A stretch of DNA of 64,000 nucleotides from a virus, in IMG/VR virus record IMGVR_UViG_3300032032_000001, positions 32,001 through 96,000 of that record. One strand, 5' to 3'. This document shows, piece by piece, positions 37,728 through 47,599 of this stretch; positions within the stretch are counted from its first letter, which is position 1; each line of letters opens with the position of its first letter. The notes below the pieces were generated by a model. It was given only the letters and a program-made list of their open reading frames with translations. It made no database searches and was not told the origin of the DNA. The translations under genes were made by a program, and so were the position numbers.

Positions 37728-39704
37728 ATGGAACTAATTAGAAAATTGCAGGGACCAGCGTTTGAAAAAACAGCGGGCAAATTCCTGCTCGGGGATAACC
37801 CGAATACGTACGCAAGCGAGTTGATCGCACACCTGTACAAACAACACCCTTACTTGGGGCAGTATCAGGTGAACATCTCCATCCAGGGGCAAGACCAAAG
37901 CATGGGGTTCTTGTACGGGGTTTTTCTGGTTAGTCAGAATTCTGATGTCCCGCCCCCGAGCGGGCAGCAGCAGATGGGACAGGTCATTAGTCAGGGCCAG
38001 CCACCAGCGGACCCTAAAGAGAGCGTTAGAATACCCATTATCGTTGAGAATAAGAGAGCGTACTCCTACGACGTTTTCATTACTCCAGACGGAAGGTTTC
38101 TACCCCTCAGTGAGGAGCGGGTCGCTTCGGCAATGTTTGATTCCTCGCCGTACTCAGTGGCCCCGGCCCTGAAAGACACTGCTAATCCTTCAGCAGCGTC
38201 CCAAAACATCAGTCCAGAGATGCCTACGTCAGCGGACGGCTCAGCGGGTGGTGGTACCCCCCTAAGCAAGATGTCTTCCTTGGATTTCGTGAGAATCTCT
38301 AAGGAAAGTGTGAATGACTTCCTGAACAAGATCGCGGTTGATCAGACCCTTGTTGACGCAGCGTCTATTAATTCTAGCTTCGCCGAGGCTCTCACTAAAC
38401 TAGCGTCAGCCACCCCCGAAGAGGCCGCTGAAGAAAGCGCTGATACGATTGGCGATTTTGATGCGGCTGTTATCTCGAAGGTCTCTGGTGGATATCGCGT
38501 AAAGACAGCGGTAGCTAACGGGAACTTTACTAACGAGATCTTTATTGAGAACAAGAACGCAGAAACAATCCCAGTGGATCTTCGCCAAGCCATCATTAAG
38601 CACGGATCGGTTTTATTATCCGGTAATAATGATGAACTTCTTGGCGTCCTGCCTACCTATGGCCTTGAGTCTGTAGTTGATTCTGGGGTCTATTCTGTCA
38701 TCAATAAGCACGGGAGTGCCCAACGGGCAGCAATTATTACGGACGTAATATCCTTGAGCGGCAAGAGCATGGGCGTCAACCTTGTGGTTGGTAAGTCCGG
38801 TGCCGCAATCCAGGAGAAAGTCGCCGGTGTCCAGTGCGGAGAATTGAACTTCTCTGAGCTGGCTGGCGGGAATCCTCATGGTGATGGCGTCTTTCTTTTT
38901 AAGTCTGCTAACGCTGTGTCCCCACCTGTTGAGGTTAAGCACGCAGTTCTCACGCAGGGTAGTGCGCCTGAGTTTATCTGTGACCACCCGATGCTTGGTA
39001 ATATTACGGTCAAGACCGCGAATGTTGTCAGGCCTACACAGGAAACCGATAACTCCTTCTTAGTCCCTAGTGATACCGTGTTCCTGCCTCTTGAGTTTGG
39101 GGCTAGATACGGAGAAGAGATTGACTCCGTAGAAAAGATCGCCAGCCGAAGAGATGCTATCAATAAGGTTAGGATCGTATCTAACGGATCTGAGTTCTCC
39201 TTTTCCGGGAAGCCCGTTGAGCATCTTGAGAAGAACGCGAATCTCAATTCCGAAGACACCCTTTTGCGTATTGGCCTGCTTGGGGACTCCTCAGAGGGAG
39301 CGCTGAAGAAATTAGCTGCGGCATCCCGAGGGGAAGAGGTAACGTTTGTTCCGAGTAATAGAATTATTAACGATTTACCGGGGTCCGACGCTGACGAGGA
39401 AATCGCTAATATTGCAAATATTATCAGACTAGATTTGGTAAAGGAGGCCGCTGCGCTATCTGGGGCAGACACCGTGGACTCAGTATTATCGCTTAATTTT
39501 ATTACCCCGGAGAATGTTCAGGGGTATATTGACGCACTACCAACTTTTGAGGAGTCTTCGTCGAAACTTGCTGAACTACTTGTTGGGGTTCGGCTCGGTT
39601 TATCTGATGTTCCTGAGGCAGCGGTATCTTCTGCGCTTCGTGGAATGGAGCGTGCAGTCCAAGGGCTCAAGAAGCTCCAAATCAGGTCAAATGCGACGAT
39701 TTAA
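37728..39704 (+). CDS. Head-module protein rich in K-x-A motifs
   Basis: EKTAG, TKLAS, VKTAV, EKVAG, VKTAN, EKIAS, KKLAA, VKEAA. AGGAG RBS. Confidence 0.65.
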   Translation: MELIRKLQGPAFEKTAGKFLLGDNPNTYASELIAHLYKQHPYLGQYQVNISIQGQDQSMGFLYGVFLVSQNSDVPPPSGQQQMGQVISQGQPPADPKESVRIPIIVENKRAYSYDVFITPDGRFLPLSEERVASAMFDSSPYSVAPALKDTANPSAASQNISPEMPTSADGSAGGGTPLSKMSSLDFVRISKESVNDFLNKIAVDQTLVDAASINSSFAEALTKLASATPEEAAEESADTIGDFDAAVISKVSGGYRVKTAVANGNFTNEIFIENKNAETIPVDLRQAIIKHGSVLLSGNNDELLGVLPTYGLESVVDSGVYSVINKHGSAQRAAIITDVISLSGKSMGVNLVVGKSGAAIQEKVAGVQCGELNFSELAGGNPHGDGVFLFKSANAVSPPVEVKHAVLTQGSAPEFICDHPMLGNITVKTANVVRPTQETDNSFLVPSDTVFLPLEFGARYGEEIDSVEKIASRRDAINKVRIVSNGSEFSFSGKPVEHLEKNANLNSEDTLLRIGLLGDSSEGALKKLAAASRGEEVTFVPSNRIINDLPGSDADEEIANIANIIRLDLVKEAAALSGADTVDSVLSLNFITPENVQGYIDALPTFEESSSKLAELLVGVRLGLSDVPEAAVSSALRGMERAVQGLKKLQIRSNATI

Positions 39705-39709
39705 TAGAT

Positions 39710-40525
39710 ATGAAGCAACCGAACGAATATTGGCTAAAATATATGCTGATGTTCTCGGGCCTGACCCTGGAGCAGATTGCCGAAATGGCGATCATGTACG
39801 AGATGACGCCGCCGGATACAACGTATCTGTCCGCGCTTAGGGACAAACTCCTAGAAACGCGCCCGACACCATTTCGCATAACCTCTACCGAAGCCCGAGC
39901 ATGGGTGCGTAGGCAGAGGTTTATGTCGTTGGTCAAAGAAGATAAGTACGCTGTAAAAGCGAGGGACCTTCTTGGGGACACACGAGTTCGCCCAATCGTA
40001 GAGGCATTAATTTTATCAGACATGCCCCATGACGAGGTGTCTTCATATACTAAGATTATCACGGGGGCACAGGTTTCCAAACGCACGCTCGAAATGTTCC
40101 AGCACTACTTCTGGAATCGCGATTTATTATCAACTAGGCAGTGGTACTCCTACCTAGAGGGCCATCCTAAAAACATCACCCTTAAGGCGTGTTACGCACA
40201 AGGCCCGAAGTTTGCGCTTTGGAAATCAGGATACCGACCAGAGCTTCAGCAGAAGGAGGTCATTAAGGGCCTGTTTGATGAATCTGCCATGCGTTTTTTT
40301 GAGACCACTGCCATGCCCAACGGCAAAGACACGGCGATGACGGCGAAGCTTTGGGCTGAAAATATATTTAGAGCTACAGAAGAATTAAATAGGACCGGGG
40401 ACGCTGTTCAGCAGGTGGTTGACGGCCTACGTGACATTGCAATTAAATTGGGCAAGCGGGACATATCTAGCATCCACGAACTGGCTGACCCAGCAGATGA
40501 GGAGGACAGTGATGTTCGGGAGTGA
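39710..40525 (+). CDS. Hypothetical protein (possible terminase small subunit or DNA-binding protein)
   Basis: Helical, HTH-like segments, in the packaging region. Function is a guess. Confidence 0.45.
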   Translation: MKQPNEYWLKYMLMFSGLTLEQIAEMAIMYEMTPPDTTYLSALRDKLLETRPTPFRITSTEARAWVRRQRFMSLVKEDKYAVKARDLLGDTRVRPIVEALILSDMPHDEVSSYTKIITGAQVSKRTLEMFQHYFWNRDLLSTRQWYSYLEGHPKNITLKACYAQGPKFALWKSGYRPELQQKEVIKGLFDESAMRFFETTAMPNGKDTAMTAKLWAENIFRATEELNRTGDAVQQVVDGLRDIAIKLGKRDISSIHELADPADEEDSDVRE

Positions 40526-40835
40526 CGTGTCTATACAGGCAATTATATTCAAACCGGCGAAGACCAAAATTCCAGGGGTTCGATCTGAGTACTATTTAAC
40601 GGATAATGGTATCAAGTTCCATCTTTGGAAAGACCCTGAGTTTCCTGAGGGTCTAGGGGACCACATACTTAAGGCTTGGGGAAGGTTCCCAAAAGAAACA
40701 CTAATTGTTGAGTATGTCCCCGAAGTTGATAGTTGGTATGCCGAGATAAAAGAAATCGGAATCGGACTTAGTGAGATGCTGATAGAGAGCCTGCTTAAAA
40801 AAATAGCGGCGGAGGTAAAAAAAGCTGATGGCTAG
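40512..40835 (+). CDS. Hypothetical protein
   Basis: ATG at 40512 with GGAGG RBS, overlaps both neighbours. Confidence 0.65.
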   Translation: MFGSDVSIQAIIFKPAKTKIPGVRSEYYLTDNGIKFHLWKDPEFPEGLGDHILKAWGRFPKETLIVEYVPEVDSWYAEIKEIGIGLSEMLIESLLKKIAAEVKKADG

Positions 40836-41559
40836 TAAACCAAAAAAGCAAGACCCAACGTATTTCAAGGCGCTTGCGGCATCAGCTCCCGTCTTTGGCG
40901 CGAAGGCAATCATCGGCGATCTCCCTAAAGGCGCGTTAGAAAAGGCTGTCCAATTAAAGATCGAACGCAACACTCCCATGAAGCGCGGACTCAAGCAGGG
41001 GGTAAAGGGCCGTGGATTTGGCAGAGCTGTTGGCGGACTTACTGGGGTTCTTACAGCGCCCCTGTACCTTAAAGGGTTGAGTCTTCTTAGCTCGAAGAAA
41101 CGCTCGGACAAGAAAAAAGGTATGGCCCTAATCTCAGGCGTCACAGGAGCTTACCAGCTTCAAAAAGGCGTTAATGAGGGGTTCTTCGAGCACGCCAGGA
41201 AAGGTAGGGGTGCCGCCGTTAAGCGTGGATTAGGGCTTGGTCTTGGAAGGCTTTCCTACAAAGTTCCTGCCGCCTTACTGATGGCAAAAGCCGTGGCTGA
41301 TGGGCAGAAGAAGGGCAAGGGTAATAAAGGTTTAGCCAACGTAGCCCTCTTGGGCGCTCTGTCTGGCGCGGGTAGCCGTGTTGGAGATGTGGCTAGTGAG
41401 AAGGTGTTCGGAAAGATTACCTCAGGAAAGAAGATTAATTTTAATAAAGCGCTCGGTAGGAAAGTCTTGGGTGCCGCCGGTGGCGGCGCTGCTGGTGGAC
41501 TGCTTGGTGGGCTTATTTTGTCCAAGGCTGTCTCAATGGCTAAAGACTCACTCAAGTAA
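40828..41559 (+). CDS. Basic Gly/Ala-rich protein with glycine-zipper helices
   Basis: GRAVGGLTGVL and GAAGGGAAGGLLGGLIL segments, very Lys-rich. Confidence 0.65.
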   Translation: MASKPKKQDPTYFKALAASAPVFGAKAIIGDLPKGALEKAVQLKIERNTPMKRGLKQGVKGRGFGRAVGGLTGVLTAPLYLKGLSLLSSKKRSDKKKGMALISGVTGAYQLQKGVNEGFFEHARKGRGAAVKRGLGLGLGRLSYKVPAALLMAKAVADGQKKGKGNKGLANVALLGALSGAGSRVGDVASEKVFGKITSGKKINFNKALGRKVLGAAGGGAAGGLLGGLILSKAVSMAKDSLK

Positions 41560-41571
41560 AGGATACTCAAG

Positions 41572-42180
41572 ATGGATAACAAAGAACTCAAAAAATCTGC
41601 CTTAGCCCAAACGCTAAAAGAGAAGCTCTCAGCGGCTGTCCAGGCGGGGAACCCTATGCAGGCCAAGCCCACACCGAATATGGGTAAATTGCAGCAAGAC
41701 CCGAAGATTCAACAAGCCGTAGCTGAGGCCAAAAAGATGAATAAGGGGGACCTGAAAGCTGGCGTTAAAAACATGATGGCCCAAAACACCCAGGCTAAAA
41801 ACACCCAGGGCACGCCGCCTGCGCCAGCAGCGCAACCGGCACCAGCAGCGCAACCAGCAGCGCCAATGGGAAGCGCCCAGGCGGCGACACAGGGTATGCA
41901 ACCCGCTCCTCCGCCTCCCGCCCCGCCCCAGCAGGCTATCAAAAAGCCTCCTGTAGCTCTCGCAGCTGGAGCGGCACAGCCCGCTCCTCCAACAGAGGAT
42001 CAGAGGAAAGAGCAAGCTAAAACTGAGCATACCCAAAGGGCGTTAGTAGGTAATACTGCCCCGGACCCACAGCAGGCCGCTATTAAAAGACAGAAAAGGT
42101 TCACCCGAGGAGGGGGAAATTTTCAGGCACGGCTAGATAGGGCCCGGGCAAGAACAGCGCAGGGCACGGAGACACCATAA
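41572..42180 (+). CDS. Pro/Ala/Gln-rich low-complexity protein
   Basis: KKSAL and EKLSA near the N-terminus, PAAQPA repeats. Confidence 0.65.
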   Translation: MDNKELKKSALAQTLKEKLSAAVQAGNPMQAKPTPNMGKLQQDPKIQQAVAEAKKMNKGDLKAGVKNMMAQNTQAKNTQGTPPAPAAQPAPAAQPAAPMGSAQAATQGMQPAPPPPAPPQQAIKKPPVALAAGAAQPAPPTEDQRKEQAKTEHTQRALVGNTAPDPQQAAIKRQKRFTRGGGNFQARLDRARARTAQGTETP

Positions 42181-44000
42181 TGAGCCTGGGCGACTACCTC
42201 ATAAAATCCGCCGCTGCGGACGTTGGCAAGGAGAAGAAGCCTCACGGCACCGGTATCCCTGCCATGAAGGAGTGGTTCGCCCCATACCCGCACCAAAAGA
42301 GAGCCATTGACCGACTGTTCTCCAACAAGGGCAAGATGATTCTGGCCCACGAGATGGGGACCGGAAAAACCGCAGCGTCTATCTACGGCTTTGAGCGCCT
42401 CCGTCACGAAGGGAAAGCAAAGAAAGCCTTGGTGGTGTGCCCCTCAGGGCTTAGAGCAAACTTCGCTGAGGGCGGAGTACAGAAATTCACGACAAGTTCT
42501 GTCGAGGTCGTTGGTTCAGCGTCTGAGGTCTCCAAGAAGGCTGGGTATGTTAGGCCCGGTAGCGAAGGTGGCGCAGCGTACACGATTGTCAGCTACGCGC
42601 AGTTCAGGCGAGACCCTGAAGGATTCATGAAAAGAACGGGGGCTGACACCCTCATCCTTGATGAGTTCCACAAGACGCGTAATGAGCGAGCCTCCACGTT
42701 TAAGGCAGCGCTCGCCGCCCGCAGGTACGCCCATAACTTCATGGGGCTTACAGCATCACTGATTAATAACAATCCAGGCGAAGTGGCTACGCTGATGACT
42801 ATCTCTGAGAAGAACAGAGATATGTCTCCAACAGAATTTCGGAAAAGGTTCACCAAGACCATTGGCTACACAAAAGGATTTGGTGGCGGAAAAAAGAAAA
42901 TCAAAGGCTTTAAGAACGTAGAGGAACTTAAAGCTCGTACCCAGCCAAAGATCGACCATGTCCGGACAGGCGACCTGAAGGGCAAAACTATGCCCAGGAA
43001 AGATGTCCAAAACATTGATGTTGAGATGTCCCCCAAGCAGTACCAGCTGTACCAACTGGCATTAGACAAGCTCGGGCCCCTGAAAGAACGGGTGCTTCGG
43101 AGCGACCCAAACGTTTCAGTCAGAGAGGCGGAGTTCCTGTTCGCGCAAATATCTGCCGCTAGACAGGTCGCAAACTCAGTCCACACGGGACGCAAGGACA
43201 TCACTCCTGAGAAATCGTCCAGAATCACCCCGAAGGTGAACAGGCTGCTGACGGACACCGAGTCTCATTTAGCTTCAAAGCCGGATAACAAAGTTGTCCT
43301 CTATTCTAACCTTGTTCGGGGAGGGGTTGATGTCCTCTCTGCTGGGCTGACGGCTCGTGGCATTGATCACGCACTGTTTGTAGGCAAGGGCAAGGAGGTC
43401 GGTGGCAGGAAGGTGACTGGGATAACCAGACAGAAGGGCGTTCAGGAGTACAAGGACGGGAAGAAGCGAGTAATTGTTCTGAGTGGTGCGGGCGCTGAAG
43501 GCCTGGACCTTAAGAACTCCACTGCTTTTTACGCCCTGGATGGACACTTCAACCCGCAGCGTATTCTACAGGCAGAAGCGCGTGCAAGACGGCTGGGCGG
43601 CCAGAAGCATCGTGAAGAAAAGAACCGGGCAGTGGACACGCGTAGGTATAGGAGCGTGGTCCCGAAGTCGTCCCACCCAGGGATCATCGGCAAGATGTTC
43701 GGAAGAAAGGTGCCTAAGACAACGGACCAGTGGATGTACGATGTCGCAGGCCGGAAGCATAAAGAGCAGGAACAGTTCTACAAGGCCTTCCGAGAGCCGC
43801 CTAAGCATATTTATAAGTATAGAGACAAGAACGGGAGGGTTCGATATGTATACCCCAAAAAGCAGCAAAAGCAGCAGAGTAAGCCAGGAATCTTTTCTAG
43901 ACTCTTCTCCAGAAAGCCCACCGTCCCAACTGCTGAGCAAGTTGGGCGTGCGACAGGTACCCAGCTTGCGATTAGCGCAAACAGACCAACGGTGTCTTAA
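42180..44000 (+). CDS. SNF2-like SF2 ATPase
   Basis: HEMGTGKT, VVCPSGL, LDEFH, LTAS, GAEGLDL, FNPQRILQAEARARR. Confidence 0.9.
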   Translation: MSLGDYLIKSAAADVGKEKKPHGTGIPAMKEWFAPYPHQKRAIDRLFSNKGKMILAHEMGTGKTAASIYGFERLRHEGKAKKALVVCPSGLRANFAEGGVQKFTTSSVEVVGSASEVSKKAGYVRPGSEGGAAYTIVSYAQFRRDPEGFMKRTGADTLILDEFHKTRNERASTFKAALAARRYAHNFMGLTASLINNNPGEVATLMTISEKNRDMSPTEFRKRFTKTIGYTKGFGGGKKKIKGFKNVEELKARTQPKIDHVRTGDLKGKTMPRKDVQNIDVEMSPKQYQLYQLALDKLGPLKERVLRSDPNVSVREAEFLFAQISAARQVANSVHTGRKDITPEKSSRITPKVNRLLTDTESHLASKPDNKVVLYSNLVRGGVDVLSAGLTARGIDHALFVGKGKEVGGRKVTGITRQKGVQEYKDGKKRVIVLSGAGAEGLDLKNSTAFYALDGHFNPQRILQAEARARRLGGQKHREEKNRAVDTRRYRSVVPKSSHPGIIGKMFGRKVPKTTDQWMYDVAGRKHKEQEQFYKAFREPPKHIYKYRDKNGRVRYVYPKKQQKQQSKPGIFSRLFSRKPTVPTAEQVGRATGTQLAISANRPTVS

Positions 44001-44130
44001 CTGTGCTCAGTTTATGTACGCTGCTGGCCGTGCCCACTCGGGCGATGGGGAGTGCTCTATGCACCGCACACCTGTTAGGGAAGACTTTGTGTGCGATGGG
44101 TGGGAAGACGTTAACGGCGACGAAGAGTGA
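43846..44130 (+). CDS. Overlapping 94-aa protein with HiPIP-like four-Cys motif
   Basis: ATG at 43846 with GGGAGG 7 nt upstream. CLNC-x16-C-x12-CDGW. Confidence 0.6.
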   Translation: MYTPKSSKSSRVSQESFLDSSPESPPSQLLSKLGVRQVPSLRLAQTDQRCLNCAQFMYAAGRAHSGDGECSMHRTPVREDFVCDGWEDVNGDEE

Positions 44131-44342
44131 TTATAGCAGTACCGGTCTTCTTATTGATTGTTATCTTGGCTCTTGGGATGAAATCTTTGACTAACTGGCC
44201 AATCAATTGTTTATTATGGTGTGATATTGGTGGCCACAATTTTAACACGTAGGTATTTTCTTCTGTATGAGTGTATTCGATAAAATCATTACCGACTGCT
44301 CTAGAAAGAGAGCCAGCAAGCCGATGGATGGTGTCTTTAGCT

Positions 44343-45968
44343 ATGTCGCTTCCGTATGAAATAGCAGAGGAAAGCCCGGATCGGTCGTTGTTTCCTACTG
44401 AGTTTGTTGGGTCTTTCTTCAACATCCCCTCCCTGGGTGAGCTTGAGAAGTTCTCCTTTAGGGGGCGTAGGTACCTTGTGCCTATCTACGACACGCCCGC
44501 CAAGAGGCTTCTGCTTCAGTGCGGTCGTCAGGTTGAGAAAAGTACGACCCTGGGTAATATTATCCTAACATACTCAATGCTACGCAGACACTTTAGATCA
44601 CTGTTTGTCAGCCCGACGCAGCAGCAGACTGAGACATTCTCTAGGGATAGAATTGCTACACCTACCGAGCTTTCGTCAACCCTTAAAGCGTTTACTCGTG
44701 GGGATGGGACTAAAGACAACGTATTGTACAAGAAGTATGTAACCGGTTCGGATATTACGCTGAGATACGCCTTCCTACACGCTGATCGTGTTCGTGGTAT
44801 CTCCGCAGACATGCTCTTGCTAGATGAGATCCAGGACATTTTGACAGATGTGATTCCTGTTATTGAGGAGTCCCTGTCCCACTCGCCGTTTAAGATTCTT
44901 AGGTATTCCGGCACGCCCAAAAGCCTGGACAATACGATCAGCTACTACTGGAATCAGTTTTCCACCCAAAACGAATGGGTAATCCCCTGCGAGGCGTGCA
45001 ATAAGTGGAACGTTATTGGTGAGAACAGTATTGGCCCCGTAGGGCTTATTTGCGACAAGTGCGGCAAGTCTATAGATCCTGATCATCAAAGAGCGCAATG
45101 GGCATCCATGAGATCTCCGGAGTGGCTTACTAATCCGCCTGTGAATACTCCGTTTGAGGGTTACAGGATCCCCCAGGTGATCGCCCCGTGGATAAACTGG
45201 AACGACATTCTAGACAAACAAAAGCGCTACAGCAGGGCGCAGTTCTTTAACGAGGTTCTTGGGCTTGGCTACGACTCTGGTGAAAAGCCGATTACCCGAG
45301 ACCTTCTGATTGAACACTGTTCCAATGAACCGAATAACCTAGAAACAGCACTAAAGCTCAATGCGCGAGGAACCGGGGCCTGCTGCATGGGGATTGACTG
45401 GGGAACGGGAGAAAACACCTACACCGTCCTTACTGTTGGGAAATACTTCGGTAATAAGTTTAGATATATCTACTTCAAGCAGTTTTCTGGACCTGAGGCT
45501 GAGCCAGAAGTGATGATGAAAAACATTGTCAACTTAGTGCATCAATTTAAATGCGAATGTATCGGCGTTGACTACGGCGGTGGGTTTGACCGCAACGATA
45601 AGCTGATCCGAACTTTTGGGATAACACGTATCGCTAGATATCAGTATGTAAATACGCGGCGCATATACTTCGACAAAACGCTTGCAAGGTTTATGGTTAA
45701 TAGAACCGAAGCGTTGATGTCGGTCATTAATGCGTTAAACAGGAAAGATACATTCATGCTCCCCAGGTGGGATACTTTTGAGACGCCCTTTGCAAGCGAC
45801 ATGCTTTCTGTATTTACTGAGTACAACGAGGCCCGAAGAACGACTATTATTAATAAGACTCCTGGGACTACGGACGATACATTGCACGCAATGACTTACT
45901 GTTTCCTAGCGTCTATGATAAAGCACCCAAGACCTGATATATTAGCACCGAGTGGAGACAAAGACTAG
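44343..45968 (+). CDS. terL: Terminase large subunit (lambda GpA-like); start uncertain between 44271 and 44343
   Basis: GRQVEKS, RVRGISAD, LLDEIQD, SGTP, CEAC...CDKC, FNEVLG, GIDWG, DDTLHA. Confidence 0.92.
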   Translation: MSLPYEIAEESPDRSLFPTEFVGSFFNIPSLGELEKFSFRGRRYLVPIYDTPAKRLLLQCGRQVEKSTTLGNIILTYSMLRRHFRSLFVSPTQQQTETFSRDRIATPTELSSTLKAFTRGDGTKDNVLYKKYVTGSDITLRYAFLHADRVRGISADMLLLDEIQDILTDVIPVIEESLSHSPFKILRYSGTPKSLDNTISYYWNQFSTQNEWVIPCEACNKWNVIGENSIGPVGLICDKCGKSIDPDHQRAQWASMRSPEWLTNPPVNTPFEGYRIPQVIAPWINWNDILDKQKRYSRAQFFNEVLGLGYDSGEKPITRDLLIEHCSNEPNNLETALKLNARGTGACCMGIDWGTGENTYTVLTVGKYFGNKFRYIYFKQFSGPEAEPEVMMKNIVNLVHQFKCECIGVDYGGGFDRNDKLIRTFGITRIARYQYVNTRRIYFDKTLARFMVNRTEALMSVINALNRKDTFMLPRWDTFETPFASDMLSVFTEYNEARRTTIINKTPGTTDDTLHAMTYCFLASMIKHPRPDILAPSGDKD

Positions 45969-46526
45969 ATGTTCAGCAAGCAAGCCAAATTAAGATCTTT
46001 GCTTAAAGCAAAGCTGCGTGAAGCAGGACTCCTGAAGTCCGTGCGTAGCGGTAAGCTAGATTTTAAGGAGCTTGGTAATAGCCCTATGTTTCGGGTCCCA
46101 GACTCCCTAAAGAAGGTTAAGGGGCTTACCCCTGATGACCTCACAAGTCTGAAGAAACACCACCATGGACGACTTGCGGCCCGAAACCCTGATAAGGGTT
46201 ACTTGGCTGCCGCTAATGAACTCGGAGAGAAAGGTGCCATCTCTGAGGCCGAGATGCATAAATTAATTTCTGATCACCCACACTGGTCCAATATCGCTAA
46301 AGGGCTTCTAGCTAAAGGCAGCAAAAAAACAAAGACGCTGGGTCTAACCAGATCTGAGATTCTGGAGAATCCTGGGGCGGCGGCTGCTGGAGAAGTTATT
46401 ACTAGGGATATGGTCAAGGGGCTCTCAAGGGCCTTCAAGGGTAAAGAAGGCCTACTTAAGGGCAAGAAAATAAACGTTAACCTGCGAGTGAGCGGCGAGA
46501 AGCCCCAGCTCAGAGTTATCAAGTAA
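45969..46526 (+). CDS. Basic hypothetical protein
   Basis: Starts MFSKQAK, Lys-rich. Confidence 0.65.
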   Translation: MFSKQAKLRSLLKAKLREAGLLKSVRSGKLDFKELGNSPMFRVPDSLKKVKGLTPDDLTSLKKHHHGRLAARNPDKGYLAAANELGEKGAISEAEMHKLISDHPHWSNIAKGLLAKGSKKTKTLGLTRSEILENPGAAAAGEVITRDMVKGLSRAFKGKEGLLKGKKINVNLRVSGEKPQLRVIK

Positions 46527-46537
46527 AGGGGTATACC

Positions 46538-47599
46538 ATGGATTTTGTTCAATATTTATCATCTAAAGAAGATGCTGGCGCATCTCCAGAAACTCTCCGC
46601 CAACTGGGTAGCCGTGCCGCAGTGCGCTTTGTTCAGGAAAAAGCCCCGCTAAACCATTCTATAGCCTCTATGGCTAAGGAAGCTGGGTTGAATATTGAGC
46701 AGGTTAGACGTGTGGCGGAGTACGCTAATAATGCTACATTCGCCCACCTGTTCAAGAACGGGTACGAAAAAAACATCACCTTCCCCATGGCTGACGCCTC
46801 CGCGATCATGCAGGAGAAGGACTCAACGGTCACCAAGACCGCCTCAACTAAGCCATATATCCCAGAGAGCAAGTATATTCCAGGACAGGAGTACGTCAGC
46901 ATCGACGACGCTTTCGGGGCGTCCGAAGACCTTGAAAAGGTTGCAGGCATCTCTGACACGGAACGACATGTTAAAGCGCTAGAATTTTTAGACCTAAAAA
47001 GGGAATCGGACAGGCTGGATAGTGAAATTAAGCTGGCCGCCGATGAGTTTGCCATCAAGCTGCACGGTCTTAAAGACTTGTGTAAAGAAGCAGCCAATAG
47101 CGGGTACACCCCGAGCACTATTGGGGCTGCCATTGAGTCGGCGAACCCCTCCGATGGTCTCCTCTCCGTCATTAAGACTGACTTTGAGGATTCGGTTTCT
47201 TTCGGGCATATGGACAAGCTCGCCTTTGGCGGCATGGCTGTTATGCCGGGGAACCCGGTCACTGGGCTCACCCAGGACCTGGAAGGCGTTAGCGGGAAGC
47301 TGGTTACAGCGCAGCAAGCTATGCACCGAGTCCAGATGGCCATGACCGAACTTTTAGGAATCCTTAGAGGCCCCGCTCCGGGAAGCGATATGGCCAACAC
47401 AGTCTTCAACCCAGGCGGTATGGGCTCTCAGCCCGCGCCTCCCCCAGGAGCCCCGGCTGCTCCGCAAGCGGCTGGCGCTCCTCCCCAGGAGACACCGTCG
47501 GCCTCTCCCCCCTCGCAGGGCGCAGCCGGGGCACCTACCTCCCCCGAACCCCAAGCACAGGGTGGTGGGTTAGGTCAATTATTTGGAGGTAATAGATGA
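46538..47599 (+). CDS. Head-module protein with K-x-A motifs
   Basis: LNIEQVRRVAEYANNATF; TKTAS, EKVAG, IKLAA, CKEAA, DKLAF; Pro-rich tail. Confidence 0.65.
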   Translation: MDFVQYLSSKEDAGASPETLRQLGSRAAVRFVQEKAPLNHSIASMAKEAGLNIEQVRRVAEYANNATFAHLFKNGYEKNITFPMADASAIMQEKDSTVTKTASTKPYIPESKYIPGQEYVSIDDAFGASEDLEKVAGISDTERHVKALEFLDLKRESDRLDSEIKLAADEFAIKLHGLKDLCKEAANSGYTPSTIGAAIESANPSDGLLSVIKTDFEDSVSFGHMDKLAFGGMAVMPGNPVTGLTQDLEGVSGKLVTAQQAMHRVQMAMTELLGILRGPAPGSDMANTVFNPGGMGSQPAPPPGAPAAPQAAGAPPQETPSASPPSQGAAGAPTSPEPQAQGGGLGQLFGGNR

